NCBI GenBank assembly: GCA_035286585.1
Contig: DATEDC010000195.1
Coordinates: forward strand, 4,139 to 68,138
Length of the DNA stretch: 64,000 nt
DNA from: Anaerolineales bacterium
GTDB lineage: Bacteria; Chloroflexota; Anaerolineae; Anaerolineales; UBA4823
Direction of reading: 5' to 3'
The position numbers and the translations under genes are program-made. The notes under the pieces are model-generated. The model was not told the DNA's origin. It saw only the letters and a list, made by a program, of their open reading frames with translations, and ran no database searches. Below, piece by piece: positions 9,092-18,980 of the stretch (the first letter of the stretch is position 1; each line of letters begins with the position of its first letter).

Positions 9092-10018
9092 TTATCGACC
9101 TCGTAACCTCGGATCCAGGGCGTCACGCAAACCATCGCCAATAAAATTCACACTCAGAACCGTTAAAGAGATAAACAATCCGGGCCAAAGTACGAGCGAG
9201 GGCGTCAGCGTCAGGAAGTCCTTGCCATCGTAAAGCAAACGACCCCAGGTGGGAAAATCTGAAGGAAAGCCCAGACCTAAAAAGGAGAGCGCTGACTCAT
9301 TGATAATTGCGCCAGCCAGACCCAGCGTCGCGGATACCAAAATTGGGCTGAGGACATTTGGAAAGATGTGGCGGATGAGGATGCGGTAATTCCGGGTACC
9401 TATGCTTCTGGCTGCGAGGATAAATTCCTGTTCTTTGAGCGATAACACTTCAGCGCGCACGACGCGCGCGGTGGACATCCAGTTCAAGATGCCAATCACA
9501 AAGACGATCAACATAAATATTCCCAACTCAGGTCCGAAAATCGCCCGTAAGGTATCTCGCATCAAAAAGATTGTCACTAGCAACAGGGGGAGTTGCGGTA
9601 AGGCCAGGAACATATCGGTGATGCGCATCAAGGGGCCATCGAGTCTTGAGTAATATCCGGCGAGCAGACCGACGATTGTGCCGAAAAATATGGCGATTAA
9701 CATGGCAGTAATACCGACAGAAAGCGAGATACGTCCGCCAGCCATGGAGCGCGCCAGGGTATCTCGCCCGAGATTATCCGTTCCAAATATATGTTCGGGA
9801 GAGGGATGGGCATTGGCTGCGGTTACATCTATATATTTTGGGTCGACTGTGTAGATGAGCGGGCCAAGTGTCACGCCCAACACCAGGATCGTCAGTATGC
9901 CGACTCCCGACATGGCTAAGTTATGCTTACGGAATTGAACCCAGACGTCCCCCCACAACGAGCGGTGTTTGTGTTCGGGTATTAAGGGAAGCTCAACAAC
10001 GGATGAGGCAGTAGCCAT
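9092..10018 (-). CDS. Peptide/nickel ABC transporter permease (DppC/OppC-like)
   Basis: FGTDNLGRD, EAA-like loop, ESALSFLGLG, GDGLRDALDPR. Confidence 0.95.
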   Translation of the reverse strand: MATASSVVELPLIPEHKHRSLWGDVWVQFRKHNLAMSGVGILTILVLGVTLGPLIYTVDPKYIDVTAANAHPSPEHIFGTDNLGRDTLARSMAGGRISLSVGITAMLIAIFFGTIVGLLAGYYSRLDGPLMRITDMFLALPQLPLLLVTIFLMRDTLRAIFGPELGIFMLIVFVIGILNWMSTARVVRAEVLSLKEQEFILAARSIGTRNYRILIRHIFPNVLSPILVSATLGLAGAIINESALSFLGLGFPSDFPTWGRLLYDGKDFLTLTPSLVLWPGLFISLTVLSVNFIGDGLRDALDPRLRGR

Positions 10019-10046
10019 GATTTACCTCTCTCGACATTTCCATGAT

Positions 10047-11060
10047 TCAATCATAGCGGATGCGGGGATCCAGGATGCCGTAGACTAAATCGACGATGAT
10101 ATTGAAAAAGACAATCAGTAACGCATATATGAATGTCAAGGACTGTACGAGCGGAATGTCTGCACCCTGTATGGCGATGATGAGCAATGCCCCCAATCCA
10201 TTGACACGGAAAATTTGCTCTGTGATGATTGCTCCGGCAAATATCTGAGGGATTCCTATGGCAACCAGTGTTGCTACTGGAATTAAGCTGTTCCTTAAAA
10301 CGTGCCCTACGATCACCGCCTGCTCGATCAGCCCTTTGGAGCGGGCTGTTCGGACGTAGTCGAGGTTCAGGTTATTTAACATCGAGGAACGCGTAAAGCG
10401 GGCCAGTTGAGCAGCGCTATAAAAAGCCAGCACAGTCACCGGCATAATGCTTTGCTTGACTTGAACGATAAAACTAGACCAGTCTGTGACCTTATGGGTC
10501 GTGTTATACACCGAAGGGAACCATCCCAGGTTGACACTGAAAATGACGATCGCTACCAGACCGGTAAAGAAAGTCGGGACGGAGAATCCAACCATGGAGA
10601 CAAACGTCCCCACCTGGTCAAAGATGGAATACTGTTTCACCGCTGAGATGACTCCGATTGGAATGGCGATGAGAATAGCGAGCAAATAGGATAGACCAAC
10701 GACCCAAAGAGTTTGGGGCGTGCGTTCGATGACCAAGTCGATCACCGGGCTGCGGGTTGCATACGAACGCACACGAAGCCGATTTTCCGAGTCACCTATC
10801 TTTACGTCAAAAACCTCTTCGATGAGATTAAGTGGTTCGTTGATAAAAAATTGTTGCATCCATTTCACGTAGCGAACGTGGAAGGGCTCTCCAAGGCCGA
10901 GTGATTCCCGAATTTTGGCACGTACTTCGGCTGGGATCGTTAAGGGTAAATTTCCAGTGGGATCATTAGGCGCCAGGTCGAGGATGGCGAAAACCACAAA
11001 ACTGATGACCAGCAGTGTTGGTATGGCAGTCAGTAAACGGCGAATGATATATTTTCCCAT
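10047..11060 (-). CDS. Peptide/nickel ABC transporter permease (DppB/OppB-like)
   Basis: YIIRRLL, DYVRTARSKGL, HVLRNSLIP, DLVYGILDPRI. Confidence 0.95.
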   Translation of the reverse strand: MGKYIIRRLLTAIPTLLVISFVVFAILDLAPNDPTGNLPLTIPAEVRAKIRESLGLGEPFHVRYVKWMQQFFINEPLNLIEEVFDVKIGDSENRLRVRSYATRSPVIDLVIERTPQTLWVVGLSYLLAILIAIPIGVISAVKQYSIFDQVGTFVSMVGFSVPTFFTGLVAIVIFSVNLGWFPSVYNTTHKVTDWSSFIVQVKQSIMPVTVLAFYSAAQLARFTRSSMLNNLNLDYVRTARSKGLIEQAVIVGHVLRNSLIPVATLVAIGIPQIFAGAIITEQIFRVNGLGALLIIAIQGADIPLVQSLTFIYALLIVFFNIIVDLVYGILDPRIRYD

Positions 11061-11094
11061 ACACACCTTGCCCTCAGTATGATGATAATAATGA

Positions 11095-11132
11095 AAAGCG
11101 GCCTGCGGTCATTATCGGCCGCAGACCGCTTT
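11095..11132 (-). terminator. Stem-loop after the substrate-binding gene (partial terminator or mRNA-stabilising hairpin)
   Basis: Minus strand AAAGCGGTCTGCGGCC-gataat-GACCGCAGGCCGCTTT then TCATTATT; 16 bp stem with one G-U pair and one mismatch. Confidence 0.75.
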
Positions 11133-11190
11133 GTCATTGTGATATGCGTGCCATAGAGTTATATCAGCACCATATCCTGCGGCTTACAAG

Positions 11191-13032
11191 TTATTGGCTG
11201 GCACGTGACCAGTCAGCGACGTTCCACAGTTCCGAATCCCAAACGTTGAAACGCACGCCAAGGAGCGTATTGTTGATGGACGAGACACTACCACGGTGAA
11301 CTAGCGGGACGAGGACGTAATTTTGCATCAGCAGGTCGTTCAGCTTCTTCGCAATCTCAGCTCGCTCCTCCAACGCGGCAGTCCCTGCCATCTCGGCTAC
11401 CAACGCTTCGTACTCTGCGCTGCACCAGCGCGAGTCGTTGTTGCCGATCCATTGATTAGCGGGTCCGGAAATTTGATCGCACGTCCAGATGCCCATGTAT
11501 CCTTCCGGGTCGGTGCCGGGGAAGTCATTCGTGTACATCTCGACATCGGCGTAGAACTTTCCGTAGGTGTCCGGGCTGGCCGGATCACCGCCGAAGAAGA
11601 CAGCTGCGTCGATATTGCGTAGCTCGGTCTCCACGCCAATCGCCTCCCACATCTGCTTGATCAGCGCCTGGGTGCCCTGGCGCACTGAGTTGGTGGAGGT
11701 CTGATACAGGATGCTAAGACGGACGCCGTCTTTGGCACGGATGCCATCCGTACCGCGCACCCAGCCAGCTTCATCCAGCAGGCGATTCGCTTCAGCGACG
11801 TTTTGAATCAGACACTCGTCGTTTGCGGTAGAAGCGTAAATCGCCGGCGCGGCCAATACGTTACAGGTCGCCGTTCCCGCTTCACCATAACCCACCTGGA
11901 CGATGATATTGCGGTCGATGGCCAAGGACAGAGCCTTGCGGACATTGGGATCCGACAGGAATGGATGTGGATTATCCGCGACGAAATCACCGTCAGCATC
12001 TTCATAGACTGAACGGAGGTCGCCCAACGCTGGATCGGGGTTGGTGAAGTTAAGCAACAGACGCTCTACAGCGGTACCGTAAGCGCTGACGACCTTGCCC
12101 CTACCTGCAGCTTCCATTGCCCGCAAGATCTCCGGCTCGACTTGCAGATTCCAGGCGTAGTCCGCCTCGCCAGTCTCCAAAACAGCCCTGGCAGCCGAAG
12201 CTGCATCGCCACCGCCTTTGAGGATCACCTCAGCGAAAAAGGGCTTGTTCGGATCGCGGTAATTTGGATTGGCCTCGTAAATTACCACGTCATTGGCTCG
12301 GAATTCTTTGACCATGAAGGGACCGGTGCCAATGGGGCCGAAATTCTCCTCTGTGCACTCCTGGGCTTTTGCGCCCTGGCAGTTCTCAAACTGCGCCTTC
12401 TGAAGAATCGCTCCATATTGTGCGCCAACGAAGGGCAGGTAAGGGAAAGGCTTGGCGACAGTGAAATTAACTCTGACGGTCGATTCGTCGAGCGCTTCAA
12501 AGCTTTCTATATCGGAATACGCAGACAGAGCATTGCAACCCATATCCGGGTTCAGGCAGTACTCCCCGGTGAAAACGACGTCTTCTGCGGTCAAGGGTGT
12601 GCCATCGGACCAAAGGATGCCTGGTTTCAGCTTCCAGGTAATGCTGGTCAGGTCCTCGGCGACCCCGCCATTATCGACTGTGGGAATCTCCACTGCCAGC
12701 CAGGGCACCAGATTGCCAGCCTCGTCATATCGCGCCAAGGGCTCCAAAACGAGCGAAGAGCCGTGGATATCCTTGGTACCACCTGAGAGGTATGGGTTCA
12801 ACGTCGATATGGCCTGCCAGTACAGGATGGTAACCGTGCCGCTCGTGCCGCGCGCGCCGCCAGGGACCTCAACCTCGACCTCCTGGGTAACGATCACCTC
12901 TCTTTCCACTTCTTGCGTGACGATGACCTCTCTCTCAACCACCTGGGTTTCGATGATCGTCTGGGGCTGGCAGGCAGCGACCAGGATCGTGGCGAGAACG
13001 AGCACCACAAATAGCTTAGCATTTCTTTTCAT
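11191..13032 (-). CDS. Peptide ABC transporter substrate-binding lipoprotein (family 5)
   Basis: Lipobox VAAC, WSDG.PLTAEDV.FT, PIGTGPF, VRKALSLAIDR; VEREVIVTQE linker repeats. Confidence 0.95.
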   Translation of the reverse strand: MKRNAKLFVVLVLATILVAACQPQTIIETQVVEREVIVTQEVEREVIVTQEVEVEVPGGARGTSGTVTILYWQAISTLNPYLSGGTKDIHGSSLVLEPLARYDEAGNLVPWLAVEIPTVDNGGVAEDLTSITWKLKPGILWSDGTPLTAEDVVFTGEYCLNPDMGCNALSAYSDIESFEALDESTVRVNFTVAKPFPYLPFVGAQYGAILQKAQFENCQGAKAQECTEENFGPIGTGPFMVKEFRANDVVIYEANPNYRDPNKPFFAEVILKGGGDAASAARAVLETGEADYAWNLQVEPEILRAMEAAGRGKVVSAYGTAVERLLLNFTNPDPALGDLRSVYEDADGDFVADNPHPFLSDPNVRKALSLAIDRNIIVQVGYGEAGTATCNVLAAPAIYASTANDECLIQNVAEANRLLDEAGWVRGTDGIRAKDGVRLSILYQTSTNSVRQGTQALIKQMWEAIGVETELRNIDAAVFFGGDPASPDTYGKFYADVEMYTNDFPGTDPEGYMGIWTCDQISGPANQWIGNNDSRWCSAEYEALVAEMAGTAALEERAEIAKKLNDLLMQNYVLVPLVHRGSVSSINNTLLGVRFNVWDSELWNVADWSRASQ

Positions 13033-13156
13033 TTTTTCTCTCCTCCGGGTTGTAATTGACAGATTACACGATTTTGGGCTAGATCGTTGATAGATTATTT
13101 AGGATAATAACCACCTCCTTTGGCATTCTTAATTTATACCGGTCGATCATGTATAT

Positions 13157-14140
13157 TTATTCCGCCAGGTGACAGGCAACCCAATGCCTGGGCCTGAGTT
13201 CTCTCCAGGCAGGAACTTCCTGCCGACATAAATCCACTGCAAGTGGGCAGCGCGTATGAAATGGGCAGCCAAGCGGAGGGTTTGCAGGGCTGGGAACGTC
13301 TCCTTTGAGGATGATCCGGTTACGCCTCTCTTCTATCACCGGATCAGGTGTTGGGACGGCTGAAAGCAAGGCTTGGGTATAAGGGTGAAGCGGGTCTTCA
13401 TACACATTCTTACGGCTGCCCAACTCCACGATACGCCCCAGGTACATCACTGCCACTCGTTGAGATATGTGACGGATCATGCTCAGGTCATGCGAAATGA
13501 ACAGATAGGTGAGCCCAAATTCAGCCTGTAAATCTTCAAGCAAATTCACTACCTGAGCCTGGATAGATACATCCAATGCTGCAATAGGCTCATCGCAAAC
13601 AATAAATTCGGGGTTAAGTGCGAGAGCGCGGGCGATACCGATCCGCTGACGTTGCCCACCAGAGAACTCGTGCGGGTAACGGCTGGCATGGGTTGGACTC
13701 AGCCCAACCAACTCTAATAATTCCTCGACACGTTTTTGTAACTTCCTGCCGCGCAAAACGCCATGTTCAATGATGGGCTCGCTAATAATGCTCCCAACCG
13801 TCATGCGCGGGTTGAGTGAAGCGTGCGGATCCTGAAAGATCATCTGCATCATGGGACGTAATTTCCGTAGCGCTTCGCTATCAAGCTTCGCCAGGTCTTT
13901 GCCTTTGAAAATAATCTTGCCAGAAGTAACCGGGTATAACTGTAAGATCACACGTCCAGTCGTTGATTTACCACAACCGCTTTCTCCAACGAGACCGAGT
14001 GTTTCTCCTTTGTAGACATCGAATGAGATGCCGTCCACTGCCTTGATATCTCCAACCTTACGACGGATCAAGCCACGCATAATGGGGAAATATTTCTTCA
14101 GGTTTTCAACTTTCAGTAAAACCCCGTCGTTGTTGGTCAT
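13157..14140 (-). CDS. Oligopeptide ABC transporter ATPase (OppF/DppF-like)
   Basis: [28 protein letters not shown]-terminal GCPFHTRCP...C...VACH. Confidence 0.95.
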   Translation of the reverse strand: MTNNDGVLLKVENLKKYFPIMRGLIRRKVGDIKAVDGISFDVYKGETLGLVGESGCGKSTTGRVILQLYPVTSGKIIFKGKDLAKLDSEALRKLRPMMQMIFQDPHASLNPRMTVGSIISEPIIEHGVLRGRKLQKRVEELLELVGLSPTHASRYPHEFSGGQRQRIGIARALALNPEFIVCDEPIAALDVSIQAQVVNLLEDLQAEFGLTYLFISHDLSMIRHISQRVAVMYLGRIVELGSRKNVYEDPLHPYTQALLSAVPTPDPVIEERRNRIILKGDVPSPANPPLGCPFHTRCPLAVDLCRQEVPAWRELRPRHWVACHLAE

Positions 14141-14150
14141 GATGTTCCGT

Positions 14151-15149
14151 TCATTCTTTGATTTCCAACCAACAGGCAACTTTATGATTGGAACTGATCG
14201 GCCACAAAGCGGGATTTTCTTCCAGGCAACGCTCGAATACGTACGGACAGCGAGGCGCAAATGGGCAGCTGGTCGGCTCACTAAACAAGTTTGGCGGCTG
14301 GCCCTTTATATTCGTCAACCGCTCCGCCATCCGTTCTTCAAGGCGAGGTAAAGAACCCAGCAATCCCTGTGTGTAAGGGTGTTTGGGGTTAGCATAAAGT
14401 TCTTTTACCGGGGCCTGTTCGACGATATAACCACCGTACATAACGATTACTCTGTCTGCAATGCCAGCCACTATCCCCAGGTCATGGGTGATCCAGATGA
14501 TGGACATACCTAGTTCCCGGCGCAATTGTTTTATCAAGTCAATAATTTGGGCTTGAATGGTTACATCCAGGGCAGTTGTGGGTTCATCGGCTATAAGAAC
14601 CTGAGGGATGCAAGACAGTGCAATGGCGATCATCACGCGCTGACGCATTCCACCAGAGAATTGATGTGGGTAATCGTCAAGCCTCGCCTCAGCCATAGGG
14701 ATGCCAATCATTCCTAATAATCTTATCGCATCATCTCTGGCTTCGTCGCGAGATTTTCCCAAATGGGCGCGAATTGGCTCCATGATTTGCTGACCAATGG
14801 TCATCACTGGATTCAATGAAGTCATAGGGTCCTGAAAGATGAAACCGATTTGATGGCCTCTCACATGGCGAATTTCATTCGCACTCATGGCGATTAAATC
14901 ACGTCCATGAAAAAAGGCACGTCCATCCACAATCTCACCTGGAGGAATGGGTATAAGCTTCAGGAGTGACATTACGGTAACACTTTTCCCACATCCGCTT
15001 TCCCCTACAATGCCCAATAACTCCCCCTCCTTTAATTCGAAACTGACCCCATTTACTGCATGAAGAGTTCCATCATGAGTATGAAAGCGAGTCTTCAGGT
15101 TGTGGACTTCTAGAACATTAGCTCCATTCTTCGCTAACATCTCAACCAA
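14151..15149 (-). CDS. Oligopeptide ABC transporter ATPase (OppD/DppD-like)
   Basis: [35 protein letters not shown]. Confidence 0.95.
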   Translation of the reverse strand: MVEMLAKNGANVLEVHNLKTRFHTHDGTLHAVNGVSFELKEGELLGIVGESGCGKSVTVMSLLKLIPIPPGEIVDGRAFFHGRDLIAMSANEIRHVRGHQIGFIFQDPMTSLNPVMTIGQQIMEPIRAHLGKSRDEARDDAIRLLGMIGIPMAEARLDDYPHQFSGGMRQRVMIAIALSCIPQVLIADEPTTALDVTIQAQIIDLIKQLRRELGMSIIWITHDLGIVAGIADRVIVMYGGYIVEQAPVKELYANPKHPYTQGLLGSLPRLEERMAERLTNIKGQPPNLFSEPTSCPFAPRCPYVFERCLEENPALWPISSNHKVACWLEIKE

Positions 15150-15503
15150 CTATTACCTCAGGGATTCAGCTTGGTGCATTAGCATAAATCAGTATAGCTA
15201 TATTGGATGTGGTTCGAAAAAGCTGCAGGTGCGAGGTTGATTTGGGATAATGATTACTGATTTTACCACTTTTATCTGACCTATTCCTGGTGTTCCATCT
15301 GGGATCATTGGAAATCCGTTGAGAGTTTGAACTCCACGACATTACCTCATGAGGTCATCGGGCTGTCTGGCGGGGATAGCTGAGCCGACGACTATTGGAT
15401 CCTGGTTACATGTAATACTGAAAACGAAGCGCTTTGGTTTGAAATACCTTTCAATCACTGTAATTGTACTGATTTATGGGACTTTACGGTTTTGTGAGCA
15501 CCT

Positions 15504-15532
15504 TTGACATTCTGCCTTGCCAAGGCTAAAAT
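15504..15532 (+). promoter_or_regulatory. Sigma70-type promoter for coaE
   Basis: TTGACA-N17-TAAAAT; GGAGG SD before ATG 15571. Confidence 0.8.
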
Positions 15533-15570
15533 GGATGTGTGTCCAGTCGAGTCGGCTTTTGGAGGCAGAC

Positions 15571-16704
15571 ATGAACGCCTGGCCGGGCAAATATATCATC
15601 GGGTTGACAGGCAATATCGCCACGGGGAAAAGCGTCGTGCGCCGGATGCTCGAACATTTGGGCGCCTATGGCATCGACGCCGACGCGCTGGGCAGGCGGG
15701 CGATTGCTAGAGGCGCGCCGGGATACCGGCCGGTAGTGGATATCTTCGGCACCTGGATACTGGACCCAGACGGTCAAATCGATCGCGCCAGGCTGGCGCG
15801 CATTGTGTTCGCGGATCGAGAAGCGCTGAAGCGCCTGGAGGCGGTTGTCCACCCCTTGGTGGGCCAGGGCGTGGATCTGCTGGTCCGCCGTTCCAGACAG
15901 AAGGTGATCGTGTTGGAAGCGATTAAATTGCTGGAGTCGGCACTGCACTCCAAGTGCGACACGATCTGGGTGACTTACGCCCCCCTCAATTTGCAGCTAA
16001 GCCGCCTGATAAGCAAGCGCAATTTGAGCGAAGCAGCCGCGCGTCAGCGTATCGCCGCGCAATCACCCCAGGACGAGAAAATAGGGGTGGCGAATGTCGT
16101 CATTCGTAATGATGGCACATTTGAGGATACCTGGCAGGAAGTGGTCGTCGCCTGGCAGAAGATTTTTCCAGCCGCGCAGGTCGAACCGGCCGAGGAGATA
16201 AAGGCGGCAAAAGGCAGACTGGTCGTGCGGCGGGCTGGTCCCCGCCATGCAGACGAGATCGCGGCATTCATCTCCCGGGCAAGCAGCGGGGCGCTGGATG
16301 TGCGCCGCGAGGATGTGATGGAAGCTTTCGGAGACAAGGCTTTCCTGCTGTTGAAGCGGGATGGCAGATTGATGGGATTGGCTGGCTGGCAGGTGGAGAA
16401 CCTGGTAGCCCGGACGGATGATATTTACCTCGAGCCTGGCTTGCCATTTGATCAAGCCATGCAGGCGCTTACCCTGGAGGTGGAAAGAGCCTCCCGAGAG
16501 CTGCAATGCGAGATATCGCTCTTGTTCTTACCCAGCGGATTTCCACGGCAAGCTGAAATTCTGAACAGCCTGGGGTATCATGAGCGCTCGCTCCAAAGCC
16601 TGAAGGTGAGTGCCTGGCAGGAGGCAGCCAGCGAGTCGATGCCGATAGGGGCGGTGATGTACTTTAAACAGCTTCGCAAAGATCGAGTTTTACGTCCGGT
16701 TTAG
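15571..16704 (+). CDS. coaE: Dephospho-CoA kinase with a C-terminal GNAT-like extension
   Basis: IGLTGNIATGKS, DAD, IDR..LA.IVF, LEAVVHP, RIAAQ; about 170 extra C-terminal residues. Confidence 0.92.
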   Translation: MNAWPGKYIIGLTGNIATGKSVVRRMLEHLGAYGIDADALGRRAIARGAPGYRPVVDIFGTWILDPDGQIDRARLARIVFADREALKRLEAVVHPLVGQGVDLLVRRSRQKVIVLEAIKLLESALHSKCDTIWVTYAPLNLQLSRLISKRNLSEAAARQRIAAQSPQDEKIGVANVVIRNDGTFEDTWQEVVVAWQKIFPAAQVEPAEEIKAAKGRLVVRRAGPRHADEIAAFISRASSGALDVRREDVMEAFGDKAFLLLKRDGRLMGLAGWQVENLVARTDDIYLEPGLPFDQAMQALTLEVERASRELQCEISLLFLPSGFPRQAEILNSLGYHERSLQSLKVSAWQEAASESMPIGAVMYFKQLRKDRVLRPV

Positions 16705-16823
16705 GGGATTTTCTCGTTAAATTGGTATAAGTCCTACTATAATTAAGTCCAAGACAATGCAATCAATTTCGCAATCGATTATTCACCTGCTGACCTTTGT
16801 ATGGTTGGTAGGGGGGCTGAACT

Positions 16824-17708
16824 GTGCCTGAACTCTTCGACCGTTTACTCAACAATGTCTATTTTATCTTCCAGCGACTCGATTGGTTGAACCTGGTCGA
16901 CTTAATCCTGGTTACCCTGGTGTTTTGGGGTATTTTACTCTTGCTTCGCGATACCCAGGCAATGGTGCTCATTCGTGGGGCTCTGCTTTTGATTGTCTTG
17001 ATCAGCCTGTTGACCTCTTTGGAAGTGCTACCGGCATTTTCCTGGCTGGTTCGCAATACACTCCCCGCGCTGGTCCTGGCTATCCCTGTGATCTTTGCGC
17101 CGGAGATCCGCCGGACCTTAGAGCGCCTGGGACGGGCAGGGTCTCTGGTGCCGCCTGGCAAGCCTGCATCCAGCACACTGCCGGCGATTGCCACGGTAGT
17201 CAGCGCAACATCGCGCCTGTCTGACCGGAAGCACGGCGCTTTAATCGTCATGAAACGAACGGACAACCTGGACGAATATGTCAAGACAGGCGTCAAGCTT
17301 GGGGCTTCACTCACCCCAGAATTGCTGCTGCAGGTGTTTTATCCGAATACCCCCTTACATGATGGGGCTGTGGTTATTTCAGGCGAGAGATTGGTCGCGG
17401 CTGCTTGTGTCATGCCACTATCCGCCAGTGGCGTGCTCACTCGTTCTCCAGAACGCCAGATGGGCCTGCGCCACCGGGCAGCCCTGGGAATATCCGAAAT
17501 CACTGATGCTGTGGCCGTTGTGGTTTCAGAAGAGACAGGCTTTATATCGGTGGTGCATGGTGGACGCATGATCCGGCGGCTGGATGCAGAGCGATTAGAG
17601 AATATCCTCATGGCTTTTTACAGGCCTCTGGAAGAAAAAAAAGGCCTGGTAGGAATGCTGGAGCGGCTTTTTTCTCGCGCCAGAGAGGCGAGCCAGGAGG
17701 AGAATTAG
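16824..17708 (+). CDS. cdaA: Diadenylate cyclase (c-di-AMP synthase)
   Basis: Three N-terminal TMs, PEIRR.LE.LG, PLHDGA, GLRHRAALG, VSEETG. Confidence 0.96.
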   Translation: MPELFDRLLNNVYFIFQRLDWLNLVDLILVTLVFWGILLLLRDTQAMVLIRGALLLIVLISLLTSLEVLPAFSWLVRNTLPALVLAIPVIFAPEIRRTLERLGRAGSLVPPGKPASSTLPAIATVVSATSRLSDRKHGALIVMKRTDNLDEYVKTGVKLGASLTPELLLQVFYPNTPLHDGAVVISGERLVAAACVMPLSASGVLTRSPERQMGLRHRAALGISEITDAVAVVVSEETGFISVVHGGRMIRRLDAERLENILMAFYRPLEEKKGLVGMLERLFSRAREASQEEN

Positions 17709-18971
17709 ATGCTGCGCTGGTTGGGCCGAAACCTGAGCACCCTGGTCTTAGCTTTCATTTTGGCTGTGTTTGTCTGGGTCGCCGCAGTCATCTCAACTGA
17801 CCCTAATGTCGAGCAGGTGTATTCACGCTCAATTGATATTGAAATCATCGGACAAGACCCCGGTTTGCTTTTGGTAAAAAACATCCCTGGTCAGGTCCGC
17901 TTGATCCTCAATGCCCCGCAATCGATTTGGAATCAGCTCGAGGCTGACCCCGAGCTGCTGAAAGCCTGGATCGATCTCTCTGGCCTGGGAAAGGGCGACC
18001 ATATCGTTGAGGTTAAAACCCAAATCGCCCTGGCGCCGGTGATCGTGGTCAACCGCGACCCGGATGAGATCGAGTTAACTCTGGAGCCAGCTCTGACGCA
18101 GTTGCATTCGGTTGAGCTCAGAGTCAGCGGCGATCCAGCCCTGGGATACCGGCGAGGTACAGCAACCATCGAACCAGCCCAGGTCAGCGTTTCTGGGCGC
18201 GAATCGCTGGCCAAGCAGGTCGTAGGCGTCCGGGCTTTGTTAGATATAAGCGGTGCAAACGATACGGTGCGCAGATTGGTGTCGATTCAACCCATCAACG
18301 AAAATGGGGAAATTGTCAACGGGGTCACACTGACTCCAGCCACGGTCTCGGTAACGATGCCGATCAACCTGCTGGGTGGGTATCGCAACGTAGTCGTCAA
18401 AGTCATCACCACGGGTCAGGTGGCTGAGGGCTATTGGTTGACGAATATTTCTATCTCGCCTCCAAATGTAACGGTATTTTCCTCCAATCCGCAACTGGTG
18501 AACGCTCTGCCGGGTTACGTCGAGACACTCCCGCTAAATTTGGATGGGTTGAGCGATGATGTGGACATCCGGGCTTCATTGAATCTACCTGAAGGCGTCA
18601 CCCTTGTGGGCGAGGAGAGTGTGCTGGTCAGGTTCAGCATTGCCGCGTTGGAAGGCAGCCTGCCTATTTCCTTGCCTGTCGAGGTGATCGGCCTGCCGCC
18701 TGAATTGGAGGCTATCGTTTCGCCTGAGACAGTCGACCTGTTGCTGACTGGCCCGACTCCAATTTTGAATAATCTAAATCCGGCGGGAATCCGGGTCTCC
18801 GTCAATCTCACCGGGTTGGAAATTGGCGTGTACCAGATCGCTCCGGTTGTGGATTTGCTCCCCGCCCAGGTCCGAGTAGCCTCGATCTTGACACCGACTG
18901 TGGAGGTGACGATCCAAATCGCCTCGACGCCAACCCCAACATCTCCACCCGTGGCGACGTCTGTACCTTGA
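17709..18971 (+). CDS. cdaR: CdaA regulator with YbbR repeats
   Basis: N-terminal TM followed by repeated P..V.V.G...D/ID.SGL..G units; abuts cdaA. Confidence 0.88.
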   Translation: MLRWLGRNLSTLVLAFILAVFVWVAAVISTDPNVEQVYSRSIDIEIIGQDPGLLLVKNIPGQVRLILNAPQSIWNQLEADPELLKAWIDLSGLGKGDHIVEVKTQIALAPVIVVNRDPDEIELTLEPALTQLHSVELRVSGDPALGYRRGTATIEPAQVSVSGRESLAKQVVGVRALLDISGANDTVRRLVSIQPINENGEIVNGVTLTPATVSVTMPINLLGGYRNVVVKVITTGQVAEGYWLTNISISPPNVTVFSSNPQLVNALPGYVETLPLNLDGLSDDVDIRASLNLPEGVTLVGEESVLVRFSIAALEGSLPISLPVEVIGLPPELEAIVSPETVDLLLTGPTPILNNLNPAGIRVSVNLTGLEIGVYQIAPVVDLLPAQVRVASILTPTVEVTIQIASTPTPTSPPVATSVP

Positions 18972-18980
18972 GGTGGAGCA

